Positions 1 to 9,618 of a stretch of 64,000 bases of DNA are shown here, piece by piece (within the stretch, counting starts at the first letter, position 1; every line of letters starts with the position of its first letter). The position numbers and the translations under genes are program-made. The DNA is from Rhodoluna sp. (GTDB lineage Bacteria > Actinomycetota > Actinomycetes > Actinomycetales > Microbacteriaceae), in NCBI GenBank assembly GCA_049276775.1, contig JBASXC010000028.1; one strand, 5' to 3'. The notes beneath the pieces are model-generated. The model saw nothing but the letters and a program-made list of their open reading frames with translations, had not been told where the DNA came from and did not search any database.

Positions 1-403
1 CTTCCAGGTCAATACTTTGCTCATTAGACCCAGTTGAGCCCAGCCATAATTCCAGCTCAGAGCTTGGTAAATCCTTAAATCCAGCTTCGGATTTTCTCGC
101 CAGTAACCCAGCAAGTATATCTGGGGCGGAGCGGCTTTGGACATACTCAAGGAGAAGTTCTCTCCATTGCTTTTTCCAAAATAATTCGTACCTCGGAAGC
201 ACCCGATTACTGATTGCAACCAGGCCTGCTGAAACATGAACTTGGGCACCTATTTCAAATACCGGGTATCGATTTCGATAAAGCTGCGTGCCGAGCATCA
301 AAGAAACCATGAGGACACTCACCAGCGCCAGTTGCCAGTAGCCACTGGAGAACCCCACGGTCAGCCCAATGATTAGAGAGGGTAGGTACCAAATAAGCTG
401 CAT
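1..403 (-). CDS. Partial CDS (N-terminal ~134 aa; the 3' part lies beyond the window start). Membrane-anchored protein of unknown function.
   Basis: Not in the ORF track because there is no stop inside the window. Manual minus-strand translation from ATG (403-401) stays open to position 1: MQLIWYLPSLIIGLTVGFSSGYWQLALVSVLMVSLMLGTQLYRNRYPVFEIG...ELWLGSTGSNEQSIDLE. There are two hydrophobic helices at the N-terminus. A faint resemblance to N-termini of FtsK/SpoIIIE-type ATPases is only an impression. Confidence 0.45.
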   Translation of the reverse strand, partial: MQLIWYLPSLIIGLTVGFSSGYWQLALVSVLMVSLMLGTQLYRNRYPVFEIGAQVHVSAGLVAISNRVLPRYELFWKKQWRELLLEYVQSRSAPDILAGLLARKSEAGFKDLPSSELELWLGSTGSNEQSIDLE

Positions 404-409
404 AAATCT

Positions 410-436
410 AAACCTGCCTGATTACCAGGCAGGTTT
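410..436 (-). terminator. Stem-loop (11-bp stem, AAACCTGCCTG/CAGGCAGGTTT) between the aldehyde dehydrogenase stop and the next minus-strand gene; possible terminator or attenuator.
   Basis: The inverted repeat was read directly from the sequence. On the minus strand it is followed by AGATTTATG, so there is only a weak U-tract. Confidence 0.35.
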
Positions 437-461
437 AGTAAAGCAATTTGCAAGCTGTGGA

Positions 462-1898
462 TTAGTCCCCGATGTAGCTCATCACGTGCTTGATGCGTGT
501 GTAGTCCTCGAACCCGTACATCGATAGGTCCTTGCCGTATCCGGAGTGACGGAAACCACCGTGTGGCATCTCGGCGGCTAGCGGGATGTGAGTGTTGATC
601 CATACGCAACCAAAGTTCAATCCCTTGCTAAAGCGCATCGCGGTGGTGTGATCCTTGGTCCAGACGCTCGATGCCAGACCGTACTTCACATCGTTGGCGT
701 TTCTCATGGCCTCGTCGGCATCCTTGAACTTCTGAACCGTGATGACCGGACCAAATATCTCGGACTGGATGTGCTCATCCTGTTGCTTGAGTCCCGACAA
801 AACAGTTGCCTCCATAAAGTAGCCCTCAGTACCAACCTGAACACCACCGGTTTCTAGGTTGGCGTGGCCCGGCAGGCGGTCAATAAAGCCCTTTACTCGC
901 TCGAGCTGGTTAGCGTTGTTCACGGGGCCAAAGAGGATGTCATCGCGGCTTGGGTTTCCGGTGATGGCATTGGCCTTTACCTCGGCCACCAAAATCTTCA
1001 GGAACTCATCGTGCACACTTTCCTGAACCAGGATTCTGGTTGCAGCGGTGCAGTCTTGGCCAGCGTTGAAGTATCCCGCAACCACAATCTGCGCAGCCGC
1101 TTTCTGAAGGTCGGCATCTGCAAAAACAATTACCGGTGCCTTTCCACCAAGTTCAAGGTGAACCTTCTTAACATCAGCCGATGCAGCCTTGGCAACCTCC
1201 ATACCGGCACGAACTGAGCCGGTAATCGAAACCATCTGAGGAATCTCGTGCTCAATTAGAGCACGACCGGTGTCGCGGTTTCCGGTGACGACGTTGAAAA
1301 CTCCAGGCGGTAGGTGCTCAGCTGCAATTTCAGCTAGCAGCAGTGTTGAAGCCGGAGTTGTGTCGGAGGGCTTTAGAACGATTGTGTTTCCAGCGGCTAA
1401 CGCTGGAGCGAATTTCCAAACCGCCATATTCAGAGGGTAGTTCCAGGGTGTCACCTGGCCGATTACACCGATTGGTTCGCGACGTATAGAGGAGGTGTGA
1501 TCTTTTGCGTATTCGGCGGTAGCGCGACCCTCTAGGTTTCTTGCGGCACCCGCAAAGAACCTAATCTGGTCAACGCTCGGGTCCATTTCATATTCGACCA
1601 AAGTGGGTCGTGGCTTGCCGGTGTTTTCTGACTCAACGTCAGCTGCTTCCTCGGCGCGGGCGGCGAGTGAGTCGGCAATTCTAAATAGCGCGAGCTGGCG
1701 CTCGGAGGGAGTGAAGTTTGACCAAACATCAAAGGCTTTCTCGGCCGCCTTATATGCTGCATCGACATCTGCATCGGAAGAAACTGCGGCGGTTGCGTAG
1801 GTTTGGCCGGTAGCAGGGTTGATAACATCCGAGCGCTCAGCGCCCTTGGAAGCAACGTATTCACCGTTGATGAAGTTTTTTAGTTCTTTTACCGCCAT
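462..1898 (-). CDS. NAD(P)-dependent aldehyde dehydrogenase, aminobutyraldehyde dehydrogenase-like.
   Basis: ALDH motifs ELGGKAP and GQDCTAATR (catalytic Cys), plus VTPWNYPL. The start was moved to ATG at 1898 (MAVKELKNFINGEY), which is preceded by GAGGGAG; the ORF-track start at 1928 has no SD. Confidence 0.9.
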   Translation of the reverse strand: MAVKELKNFINGEYVASKGAERSDVINPATGQTYATAAVSSDADVDAAYKAAEKAFDVWSNFTPSERQLALFRIADSLAARAEEAADVESENTGKPRPTLVEYEMDPSVDQIRFFAGAARNLEGRATAEYAKDHTSSIRREPIGVIGQVTPWNYPLNMAVWKFAPALAAGNTIVLKPSDTTPASTLLLAEIAAEHLPPGVFNVVTGNRDTGRALIEHEIPQMVSITGSVRAGMEVAKAASADVKKVHLELGGKAPVIVFADADLQKAAAQIVVAGYFNAGQDCTAATRILVQESVHDEFLKILVAEVKANAITGNPSRDDILFGPVNNANQLERVKGFIDRLPGHANLETGGVQVGTEGYFMEATVLSGLKQQDEHIQSEIFGPVITVQKFKDADEAMRNANDVKYGLASSVWTKDHTTAMRFSKGLNFGCVWINTHIPLAAEMPHGGFRHSGYGKDLSMYGFEDYTRIKHVMSYIGD

Positions 1899-1924
1899 TT
1901 GATTACTCCCTCTGGTCTTTTTTC

Positions 1925-1940
1925 CCAACAGCTTTGTTGG
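1925..1940. promoter_or_regulatory. Perfect palindrome CCAACA-GCTT-TGTTGG in the divergent aldH/lrp intergenic region; candidate operator.
   Basis: Seen directly in the sequence, about 27 bp upstream of the aldH start. No known consensus was matched. Confidence 0.2.
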
Positions 1941-2094
1941 TTGTCACTAGTGAAGATTCTAACCCCCAAAATTCGCACGAAATGGCCTGTCTTTGGAAGG
2001 TAATCGGTTGCCAATTTAGGCTTTGGCTTCGGATTCGTTTGCTAAATGCGGAGACCGCTGGCAATATCCTTGTATGTCAAGAACCGAACGGACC

Positions 2095-2547
2095 ATGGCC
2101 TCGGGACTTGACGAGCTCTCCAAGAAGATCATTGAGCAGCTCCAGCAGGATGGCCGAAGGTCCTACGCGGAGATCGGCAAAGCTGTGGGCCTGAGCGAGG
2201 CGGCTGTTCGCCAGCGTGTCCAGAAGCTGACCGATAAGGGGGTCATGCAGATAGTCGCGGTCACCGACCCCATGCAACTGGGCTTTTATACCCAGGCCAT
2301 GATTGGCATTCGCTGCAGCGGGGACACCACGAGCTTGGCGGATGCCTTAGCGGCCATGCCCGAGGTGGATTACGTGGTGATTACCGCCGGTAGCTTCGAC
2401 ATCTTGGCCGAAGTGGTCTGCGAAAATGACGACTCACTCATAAATTTACTAAACAACAAGATTCGTAAGCTTGAAGGTGTCACAATGACTGAAACGTTTG
2501 TTTATCTCAAACTTCAAAAGCAGTTCTACAACTGGGGTACAAGGTAG
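2095..2547 (+). CDS. Lrp/AsnC-family transcriptional regulator.
   Basis: The N-terminal HTH LDELSKKIIEQLQQDGRRSYAEIGKAVGLSEAAVRQRVQKLTDKGV and a C-terminal RAM-like domain are typical of the family. The start was chosen at ATG 2095; 2074 is also possible. Confidence 0.85.
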   Translation: MASGLDELSKKIIEQLQQDGRRSYAEIGKAVGLSEAAVRQRVQKLTDKGVMQIVAVTDPMQLGFYTQAMIGIRCSGDTTSLADALAAMPEVDYVVITAGSFDILAEVVCENDDSLINLLNNKIRKLEGVTMTETFVYLKLQKQFYNWGTR

Positions 2548-2578
2548 TGCTCCTGACATTCATAAAGGGAAGATAAAA

Positions 2579-4078
2579 ATGGCAACAGCGCAAGGTAGGG
2601 CAAAGAAACTGGTTTCGGGAATCAAGTCTCTAATCAAATCCACAGCCAAGAAAGTAAGACCCGCCTCCAGAGCGAAACTTCCCCTGGTTGAAGCAAGAAA
2701 AGCCGGCACCAAGATCACTCCCGCCATGTTGCAAAAATCTGCCAAGGCCCACCTCTGGATGCACTTCACCCGTCACAGCACCTTTGACAGCAAAGAAATG
2801 CCAATCATCCAAAGAGCTGAAGGTCACCACGTCTATGACGTCAACGGCAAGAAGTACTTCGATGGTCTTTCCGGTCTGTTTTCGGTAAACGCCGGTCATG
2901 GCCGCGTCCGCTACGCTGAGGCCGCGTCCAAGCAAATGCAGGAACTGGACTTTTTCCCACTCTGGTCATTCGGTCACCCCAGGGCAATCGAGCTAGCTGA
3001 GCGCCTACTTTCCTATGCGCCAGATAACCTAAATCGAGTTTTCTTCACCACCGGAGGTGGTGAAGCAGTCGAAAGCGCCTGGAAGATAGCCAAGCAGTAT
3101 TTCAAGATGACTGGAAAGCCAACCAAGCACAAGGTGATTTCCAGGCACGTTGCCTACCACGGCACCAGCCAGGGAGCACTTTCAATCACCGGTATCCCAG
3201 CAATGAAAAAGATGTTCGAGCCGCTGGTTCCTTCAACTTTTAGAATTCCGAACACTAACTGGTATCGCGCCCCCGGCCAATTCAAGACCGAGGAAGAGTT
3301 TGCCCTTTGGGCCGCTAACCGCGCCGAGGAAATGATTTTGTTCGAAGACCCGGACACCGTTGCCGCGCTATACGCGGAGCCAATTCAAAACTCGGGTGGT
3401 TGCTTCACCGCTCCCCCGATCTACTGGAAAAGACTCCGCGAGATTTGTGACAAGTACGACGTGCTCTTAGTAGCTGATGAAACCATCACCGGCTTTGGAC
3501 GCGCCGGAACTATGTTCGCTTGCGAGAAATACGGCATCGTTCCAGACATGATGGTCTGCGCTAAGGGAATAACTTCTTCCTACCAGCCACTCGGTGCACT
3601 GCTAATTACCGAGCGACTTTTTGAGCCCTTCAAGACTGGAACCAATATTCTCTCCCACGGTTACACTTTTGCCGCTCACCCGGTGGCTTGTGCTGTGGCG
3701 CTCGAGAACTTGGACGTGTTTGACGAAGAAGATCTAGTTGGAAACGTGGCAAGAAACTCAGCCAAGTTCAAAAAGACCCTCGAAAAACTCTACGATCTTC
3801 CCATCGTTGGAAACATTCGTGGCGACGGTTACTTCTTCGCAATCGAGCTGGTCAAGGATAAGGCCACCAAGCAGACCTTTAGTCCACCTGAGGCCGAGAA
3901 GCTACTTCGCGGCTACCTGGGAAGCGCGATGCTAAAAGAAGGACTATACGCCCGCGCCGATGACCGCGGCAACCCGGTGATTCAGCTGGCTCCGCCACTA
4001 ACCATTGGCCCCAAGGAATTCGACGAGCTCGAGCAGATGCTCAGGCGAGTCCTTACTCCAGCTATGAAGAAGTTCTAG
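2579..4078 (+). CDS. Class-III (omega) PLP-dependent aminotransferase, putrescine/GABA-type.
   Basis: HLWMHFTR, FFTTGGGEAVESA, LVADETITGFGRAG, and the PLP-Lys context VCAKGITS. ATG 2579 is preceded by AAAGGGAAG. An alternative start at ATG 2726 would remove a basic 49-aa extension. Confidence 0.85.
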   Translation: MATAQGRAKKLVSGIKSLIKSTAKKVRPASRAKLPLVEARKAGTKITPAMLQKSAKAHLWMHFTRHSTFDSKEMPIIQRAEGHHVYDVNGKKYFDGLSGLFSVNAGHGRVRYAEAASKQMQELDFFPLWSFGHPRAIELAERLLSYAPDNLNRVFFTTGGGEAVESAWKIAKQYFKMTGKPTKHKVISRHVAYHGTSQGALSITGIPAMKKMFEPLVPSTFRIPNTNWYRAPGQFKTEEEFALWAANRAEEMILFEDPDTVAALYAEPIQNSGGCFTAPPIYWKRLREICDKYDVLLVADETITGFGRAGTMFACEKYGIVPDMMVCAKGITSSYQPLGALLITERLFEPFKTGTNILSHGYTFAAHPVACAVALENLDVFDEEDLVGNVARNSAKFKKTLEKLYDLPIVGNIRGDGYFFAIELVKDKATKQTFSPPEAEKLLRGYLGSAMLKEGLYARADDRGNPVIQLAPPLTIGPKEFDELEQMLRRVLTPAMKKF

Positions 4079-4091
4079 TAGCAATTTTGGC

Positions 4092-4126
4092 AAAAACCCC
4101 CAAGCATTTTTGGCTTGGGGGTTTTC
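4092..4126 (+). terminator. Rho-independent terminator after the aminotransferase gene.
   Basis: A CCCCCAAGC...GCTTGGGGG stem followed by TTTT, 14 nt after the stop codon. Confidence 0.6.
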
Positions 4127-4180
4127 CACATTTTTACCCTTTGGATACCGCATGCAAAAAAGATGGGGGAAAATGGCTTC

Positions 4181-4660
4181 ATGAAGGTAAGTCCTAAAGC
4201 AGTCATAACCCTGACTTCACCTATTGGTCCAATCACGCTTATTGCCCAAGGCGAGAAGCTAGTACACGTTGAACTTGGGAAAAAGGCCAAGACTGCAGGC
4301 TCCGCGAAGGTTTTAGATGACGCTAAGAAACAGTTCGAGGACTACTTCTCGGGCAAGCTTTCTAGATTTTCTTTACCCCTAGAAGTTCCGGGTACTGAGT
4401 TTCAAAAGGCAGTTTGGAGGGAAATTGCCAAGCTGCCGGCCGGCAAAACCCTGAGCTATGGAGAAATTGCGGCCAAGCTAGGCAACCCCCTGGCCTCGCG
4501 GGCGGTGGGTGCGGCCGTAGGCGCGAATCCCACGCCGATTGTAGTTGGATGCCATCGAATACTTGGTTCAAGCGGCAAAATCACCGGTTTCACAGGCGGG
4601 GACGGAATCAAAACCAAGGCCTGGCTTCTGAACCACGAGAACATCGAGTTTCGAGCTTGA
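4181..4660 (+). CDS. ogt: Methylated-DNA--protein-cysteine methyltransferase.
   Basis: GTEFQKAVWREIAKLPAGKTLSYGEIA and NPTPIVVGCHRILGSSGKITGFTGG (active-site CHR). The start was placed at MKVSPK (4181); 4163 is also possible. Confidence 0.85.
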   Translation: MKVSPKAVITLTSPIGPITLIAQGEKLVHVELGKKAKTAGSAKVLDDAKKQFEDYFSGKLSRFSLPLEVPGTEFQKAVWREIAKLPAGKTLSYGEIAAKLGNPLASRAVGAAVGANPTPIVVGCHRILGSSGKITGFTGGDGIKTKAWLLNHENIEFRA

Positions 4661-5244
4661 GCGCACTGATCTCCAAATATGAAGATGGTCTCACTCGTTG
4701 CTCTTGGCCAAAAAACGACAGTGTTTATATCCAGTACCACGACACCGAGTGGGGTGTCCAGGTGCTTGATGATGATGCGCTTTTCGAACGAGTATCTCTC
4801 GAGGGTTTTCAGGCTGGGCTTTCCTGGATAACTATCCTCAAACGACGGGAGGGCTTTAGAAAAGCATTTCGGGGTTTTGAAATCAAGAAGGTCGCAAAGC
4901 TGACCGAAGATGACGTCGAGCGCCTCATGCTAGATGAGGGCATTATTCGAAACCGGGCGAAAATAATCTCTACTATATCCAACGCAAAGATCTGCCTGGC
5001 TCTTGAAAGATCGCTTTCTGAAATTATCTGGGCCCACGCCCCCGCTAACAAAACCAAGCGAGCCTCCCCACAAAGCTTTGAGGTTGTTGCCTCAAATCAA
5101 GAGTCGGAAAGTCTAAGTAAAGAGCTTAGGAAACTTGGGTTTTCTTTTGTTGGGCCGACGACCATGTATGCCCTCATGCAATCAATCGGTATGGTCAACG
5201 ATCATGCGCCGGGTTGTTTCAGGCGCAAACAGCTGCAGGATTAG
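4657..5244 (+). CDS. tag: DNA-3-methyladenine glycosylase I.
   Basis: CSWPKNDSVYIQYHDTEWGV, FQAGLSWITILKRREGFRKAF, and VNDHAPGCF match the Tag family. A TTG start at 4657 overlaps the ogt stop (TTGA). The ORF-track upstream extension lies inside ogt. Confidence 0.85.
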   Translation: MSALISKYEDGLTRCSWPKNDSVYIQYHDTEWGVQVLDDDALFERVSLEGFQAGLSWITILKRREGFRKAFRGFEIKKVAKLTEDDVERLMLDEGIIRNRAKIISTISNAKICLALERSLSEIIWAHAPANKTKRASPQSFEVVASNQESESLSKELRKLGFSFVGPTTMYALMQSIGMVNDHAPGCFRRKQLQD

Positions 5245-5254
5245 ACTAAAGCCC

Positions 5255-5734
5255 GTGTCCCCAGAACAATTCACGAGCCTGTATCGTGGCTTCCTACCCC
5301 AGATTTCGAGCTACCTAGCAAGGCGCGTCGAGACCTCCGAGGTCGAGGAACTCGCTTCCCAAGTCTTTGAAATAGCGTGGCGCAAAAGAAGCCAATCTCC
5401 AGAAGGTTTCGAGTTGGCCTGGTTGTATCGAATCGCTGGATTCGTGGTTTCAAATCATAGGAGGGCAGTCCAGAGCGAGAAAAACTTTCTTCTGCGCTTC
5501 AGGTCTAACGATTTTGCCCCCGCTGCGGAAGACATAGCACTTTCCGACCTCGACCTGTCAAAAGCCTGGAAGAAGCTCAGTAGTTTCGAGCGTGAGGCCA
5601 TTTCTCTCACCGCATTTGAGGGCCTGAGCCACCAAGATGCCGCTCGGGTGCTTGAGATTAGCCCCAACGCCTTCACCCAGCGGGTTGCCAAGGCCCGGAA
5701 AAAACTCAAGGCAAATCTTTCTGTACCCAATTAG
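5255..5734 (+). CDS. ECF-type sigma-70 family RNA polymerase sigma factor (~159 aa).
   Basis: Region 2-like VFEIAWRKRSQ...WLYRIAGFVVSNHRR and region 4 HTH LSHQDAARVLEISPNAFTQRVAKARKKL. GTG start at 5255, 10 nt after the tag stop. Confidence 0.8.
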   Translation: MSPEQFTSLYRGFLPQISSYLARRVETSEVEELASQVFEIAWRKRSQSPEGFELAWLYRIAGFVVSNHRRAVQSEKNFLLRFRSNDFAPAAEDIALSDLDLSKAWKKLSSFEREAISLTAFEGLSHQDAARVLEISPNAFTQRVAKARKKLKANLSVPN

Positions 5735-5767
5735 ACACATTTTTAGGCTTTGAGACATAAACAATAT

Positions 5768-7129
5768 ATGAGCCAAAAAGACGAACTAGATAGCAGAATC
5801 ACCAAAGCCGATCCTGCCAAAAAGCGCACCGCGCCGACCCTAACCGACGGCCTAATTGCCAGCGCCATTGCAAGAGATTCCAAGCTAAGCCTCCGGGGCC
5901 GTTTTGAACTGCTTGGCCAGAACGTTAGAAGAATGGCCCTTGGCCTCGGCGTCGCTGGCTCGGCAGCCGTGGTTGCAGTTGCGCTAGTGATTACCTCAAC
6001 CCCGCAGCCACTGATTCAGCTTTCTGGGATGCAGGGTGCGAGGAACAGCGAATCAGCTGCGGTACAAATGGACATTGGTTTGGAAAGAACTTCGATGCCC
6101 TTCAACTATTTCGAATTTTTAGCGGGTCCCAATCTTTCAAACGAGACAGCATCTGGCGAGGTGTATAAACTCGCGCGAACTTCAACTCCGGAAGAGGTTC
6201 TCAAAAACGTGGCTGAGGTCTTTGGCGTAGCGGGGTCGATCAAGAGATACCCTGACTTTGCTGAAGGAAACCCTGGATACTTCTTTGGTCAGTCTGATGA
6301 CCCCTGGGGTTATGACGCAGAAAATCCGGTCATCTCACTGTGGTGGCTCGGAACGGCCTCTTGGAACTACTCAAATCCGGTCGCCTTCCCAGACTCGGTT
6401 TGTGAGGAAACTGACAACGCCGGAAACTGTGTCACCTACCGAGAGTTCCAGCCGACCCCTGAGCTTCTTCCAACTCAGGCTGAGGCCCGAGCGAAAGCGT
6501 TGGAGGTTTTCAACGCCACGGGATTGCCCGTTTCAGCTTCCGACATTCGAATCGAGATTTCTGAATGGGGCGTGAATGCATCGGCTTCAATGTCTGTTGG
6601 GGGTCAACCGACAAACCTCGAGTGGTACTTGGGTTGGTCGTCAACTGGTCAAATTAGCTACGCAGGCGGCCATTCGGTAGTTGCCGAGTCCATGGGAAAC
6701 TTTGACACCATCTCGGCTTTGGCTGCGGTTGAACGCTTGGCTGACTGGCGCTGGAGTGGATCTCCATCTGGGATTTTCTACCAGCGATTCCAGCCAAGGC
6801 AAATTTCGGAGCCCGCACCGTTTCTTGGAACTGAAGAACCATTCGACGAGGGCTTAGAGGGTGACTCATCTATCGCCATTGAGCCGATGCCGGAACCGAT
6901 GCCAGTGCCAGAGACTCTGGTTCTCACAATCCTCGAATCGGAAAGCGCTCTGCTGAGTGTCTGGGATGCGAACGGTGAAGTGTGGTTGGTGCCCGGATGG
7001 ATCCTAATCAACGACCAGGGTTGGTTTGGTGCGGTTATTTCGGTCATCGAGGGAGTCATTGCGCTGCCTGAAGAAACCGATTTCAACATAATGCCGCTCC
7101 CGGCTGATGACTCAGTTAGCAATAAGTAG
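5768..7129 (+). CDS. Single-pass membrane protein with a large extracytoplasmic domain; candidate anti-sigma or partner of the upstream ECF sigma.
   Basis: It lies directly downstream of the sigma gene. It has a short N-terminal cytoplasmic segment, one TM (MALGLGVAGSAAVVAVALVI), and about 380 aa outside. No ZAS HxxxCxxC motif is present. The start could be ATG 5768 or TTG 5750. Confidence 0.55.
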   Translation: MSQKDELDSRITKADPAKKRTAPTLTDGLIASAIARDSKLSLRGRFELLGQNVRRMALGLGVAGSAAVVAVALVITSTPQPLIQLSGMQGARNSESAAVQMDIGLERTSMPFNYFEFLAGPNLSNETASGEVYKLARTSTPEEVLKNVAEVFGVAGSIKRYPDFAEGNPGYFFGQSDDPWGYDAENPVISLWWLGTASWNYSNPVAFPDSVCEETDNAGNCVTYREFQPTPELLPTQAEARAKALEVFNATGLPVSASDIRIEISEWGVNASASMSVGGQPTNLEWYLGWSSTGQISYAGGHSVVAESMGNFDTISALAAVERLADWRWSGSPSGIFYQRFQPRQISEPAPFLGTEEPFDEGLEGDSSIAIEPMPEPMPVPETLVLTILESESALLSVWDANGEVWLVPGWILINDQGWFGAVISVIEGVIALPEETDFNIMPLPADDSVSNK

Positions 7130-7849
7130 CAGGGTCTCACCCTGCTGCTCCAGTTTGAGCCCGGCCAATTTGGCGACCAAGTTTAGGTCACCGGGTTTTT
7201 CTAACTTGGTATTGACCGAAAGCGCCGCCCTCACAAAACTGCCCTTCGCCTGCTTGTTGAAATGATTCAGAGCTTTTCGAACACCCTTGGCATCCTCCGA
7301 GACAACCGCAACCTCGAACGCACTAATCCCCTGGGGTATCGGAGCAAGCTGGGCGTAAGCCTTCGAGCGAAGATCAATTATAGTTTCGTCGGCTAAGTTC
7401 GCCCAGATAACCTCGTGAGCTTTGTTCCATTCAGAACGCAAGTTTATTCCCGGTAATTTGGATCCAGCCGAGAGTCGGTAATTTGGAATTTCATCGAGAG
7501 CACCGATTAGCCCAAAGAGCGAGGACTGTACAAAGACGATGCGCTTTGCATTTCGTTGTTGCTCGGCCGAGAGGCCATCAAGTTTCAAGGCGTCGTAAAG
7601 AACTCCCGTATATCGGTGAATGGCCGGCATGGTTATAGGTTTTGCTAGATCAAGGTTCACTTGAAGCTCACCCAATTGCTTGGGTCCAAGCTTTAGTGCC
7701 GCTGTAGCGGCTTTGGGATGTTTTGAAAGCTCAATTAGGGCTTTTCGAATTGAACTTCTGGTTTTATCAAGAGCAGGAAAACTCAGATCAATTTTTGATT
7801 TGGTACCACCGGTTTGTTTTGACTCAGATGGCGGAAGTAAAAAGATCAT
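7112..7849 (-). CDS. yaaA: YaaA/DUF328 family (peroxide stress protein YaaA-like).
   Basis: N-terminus MIFLLPPSESKQ and overall length fit UPF0246/YaaA. Confidence 0.75.
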   Translation of the reverse strand: MIFLLPPSESKQTGGTKSKIDLSFPALDKTRSSIRKALIELSKHPKAATAALKLGPKQLGELQVNLDLAKPITMPAIHRYTGVLYDALKLDGLSAEQQRNAKRIVFVQSSLFGLIGALDEIPNYRLSAGSKLPGINLRSEWNKAHEVIWANLADETIIDLRSKAYAQLAPIPQGISAFEVAVVSEDAKGVRKALNHFNKQAKGSFVRAALSVNTKLEKPGDLNLVAKLAGLKLEQQGETLLLIAN

Positions 7850-7885
7850 CTTTTTCTCCCCGGCAAAATTGCCCTGGCTAGACCC

Positions 7886-8152
7886 CTAGACCACTTCGGC
7901 GTTGCGGGCAACGACCGTGACGACGTCGTGCTCAACGCTCAAAAAGCCATCCTCGGCACTGAACTTCTTCACTTCACCCTCGGGCAATGTGACGCGAACT
8001 TCGCCGCTTGCCAAAATGGCCAGCATTGGCTCGTGGCCTGGCAATAGACCAATCTCGCCCTCGACAGTTTTGGCAACTACCATTTTGGCGGTACCTGACC
8101 AAACCGACGAGGCGGCGGAGACTAGCTCTACTTTTAGGGTTTTTTCGGACAA
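7886..8152 (-). CDS. atpC: F0F1 ATP synthase subunit epsilon (short form, 88 aa).
   Basis: Last gene of the atp operon. VELVSAASSVWSGTAKMVVAKTVEGEIGLLPGHEPML matches the epsilon beta-sandwich. TTG start. Confidence 0.9.
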   Translation of the reverse strand: MSEKTLKVELVSAASSVWSGTAKMVVAKTVEGEIGLLPGHEPMLAILASGEVRVTLPEGEVKKFSAEDGFLSVEHDVVTVVARNAEVV

Positions 8153-8154
8153 AA

Positions 8155-9618
<1,464 letters not shown>

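Noticed and set aside
2498-2578. A longer aminotransferase start (2498) overlapping the lrp 3' end.
   Set aside because: There is no SD at that site. ATG 2579 has AAAGGGAAG upstream, and the extra residues (MFISNFKSSSTTGVQG...) lie in the lrp coding region.
4414-4656. Upstream extensions of tag (from 4414) and of the ECF sigma gene (from 5135) in the ORF track.
   Set aside because: Both extensions overlap the preceding well-supported genes (ogt, tag) out of frame and add no family-like sequence. TTG 4657 and GTG 5255 give normal-length proteins.
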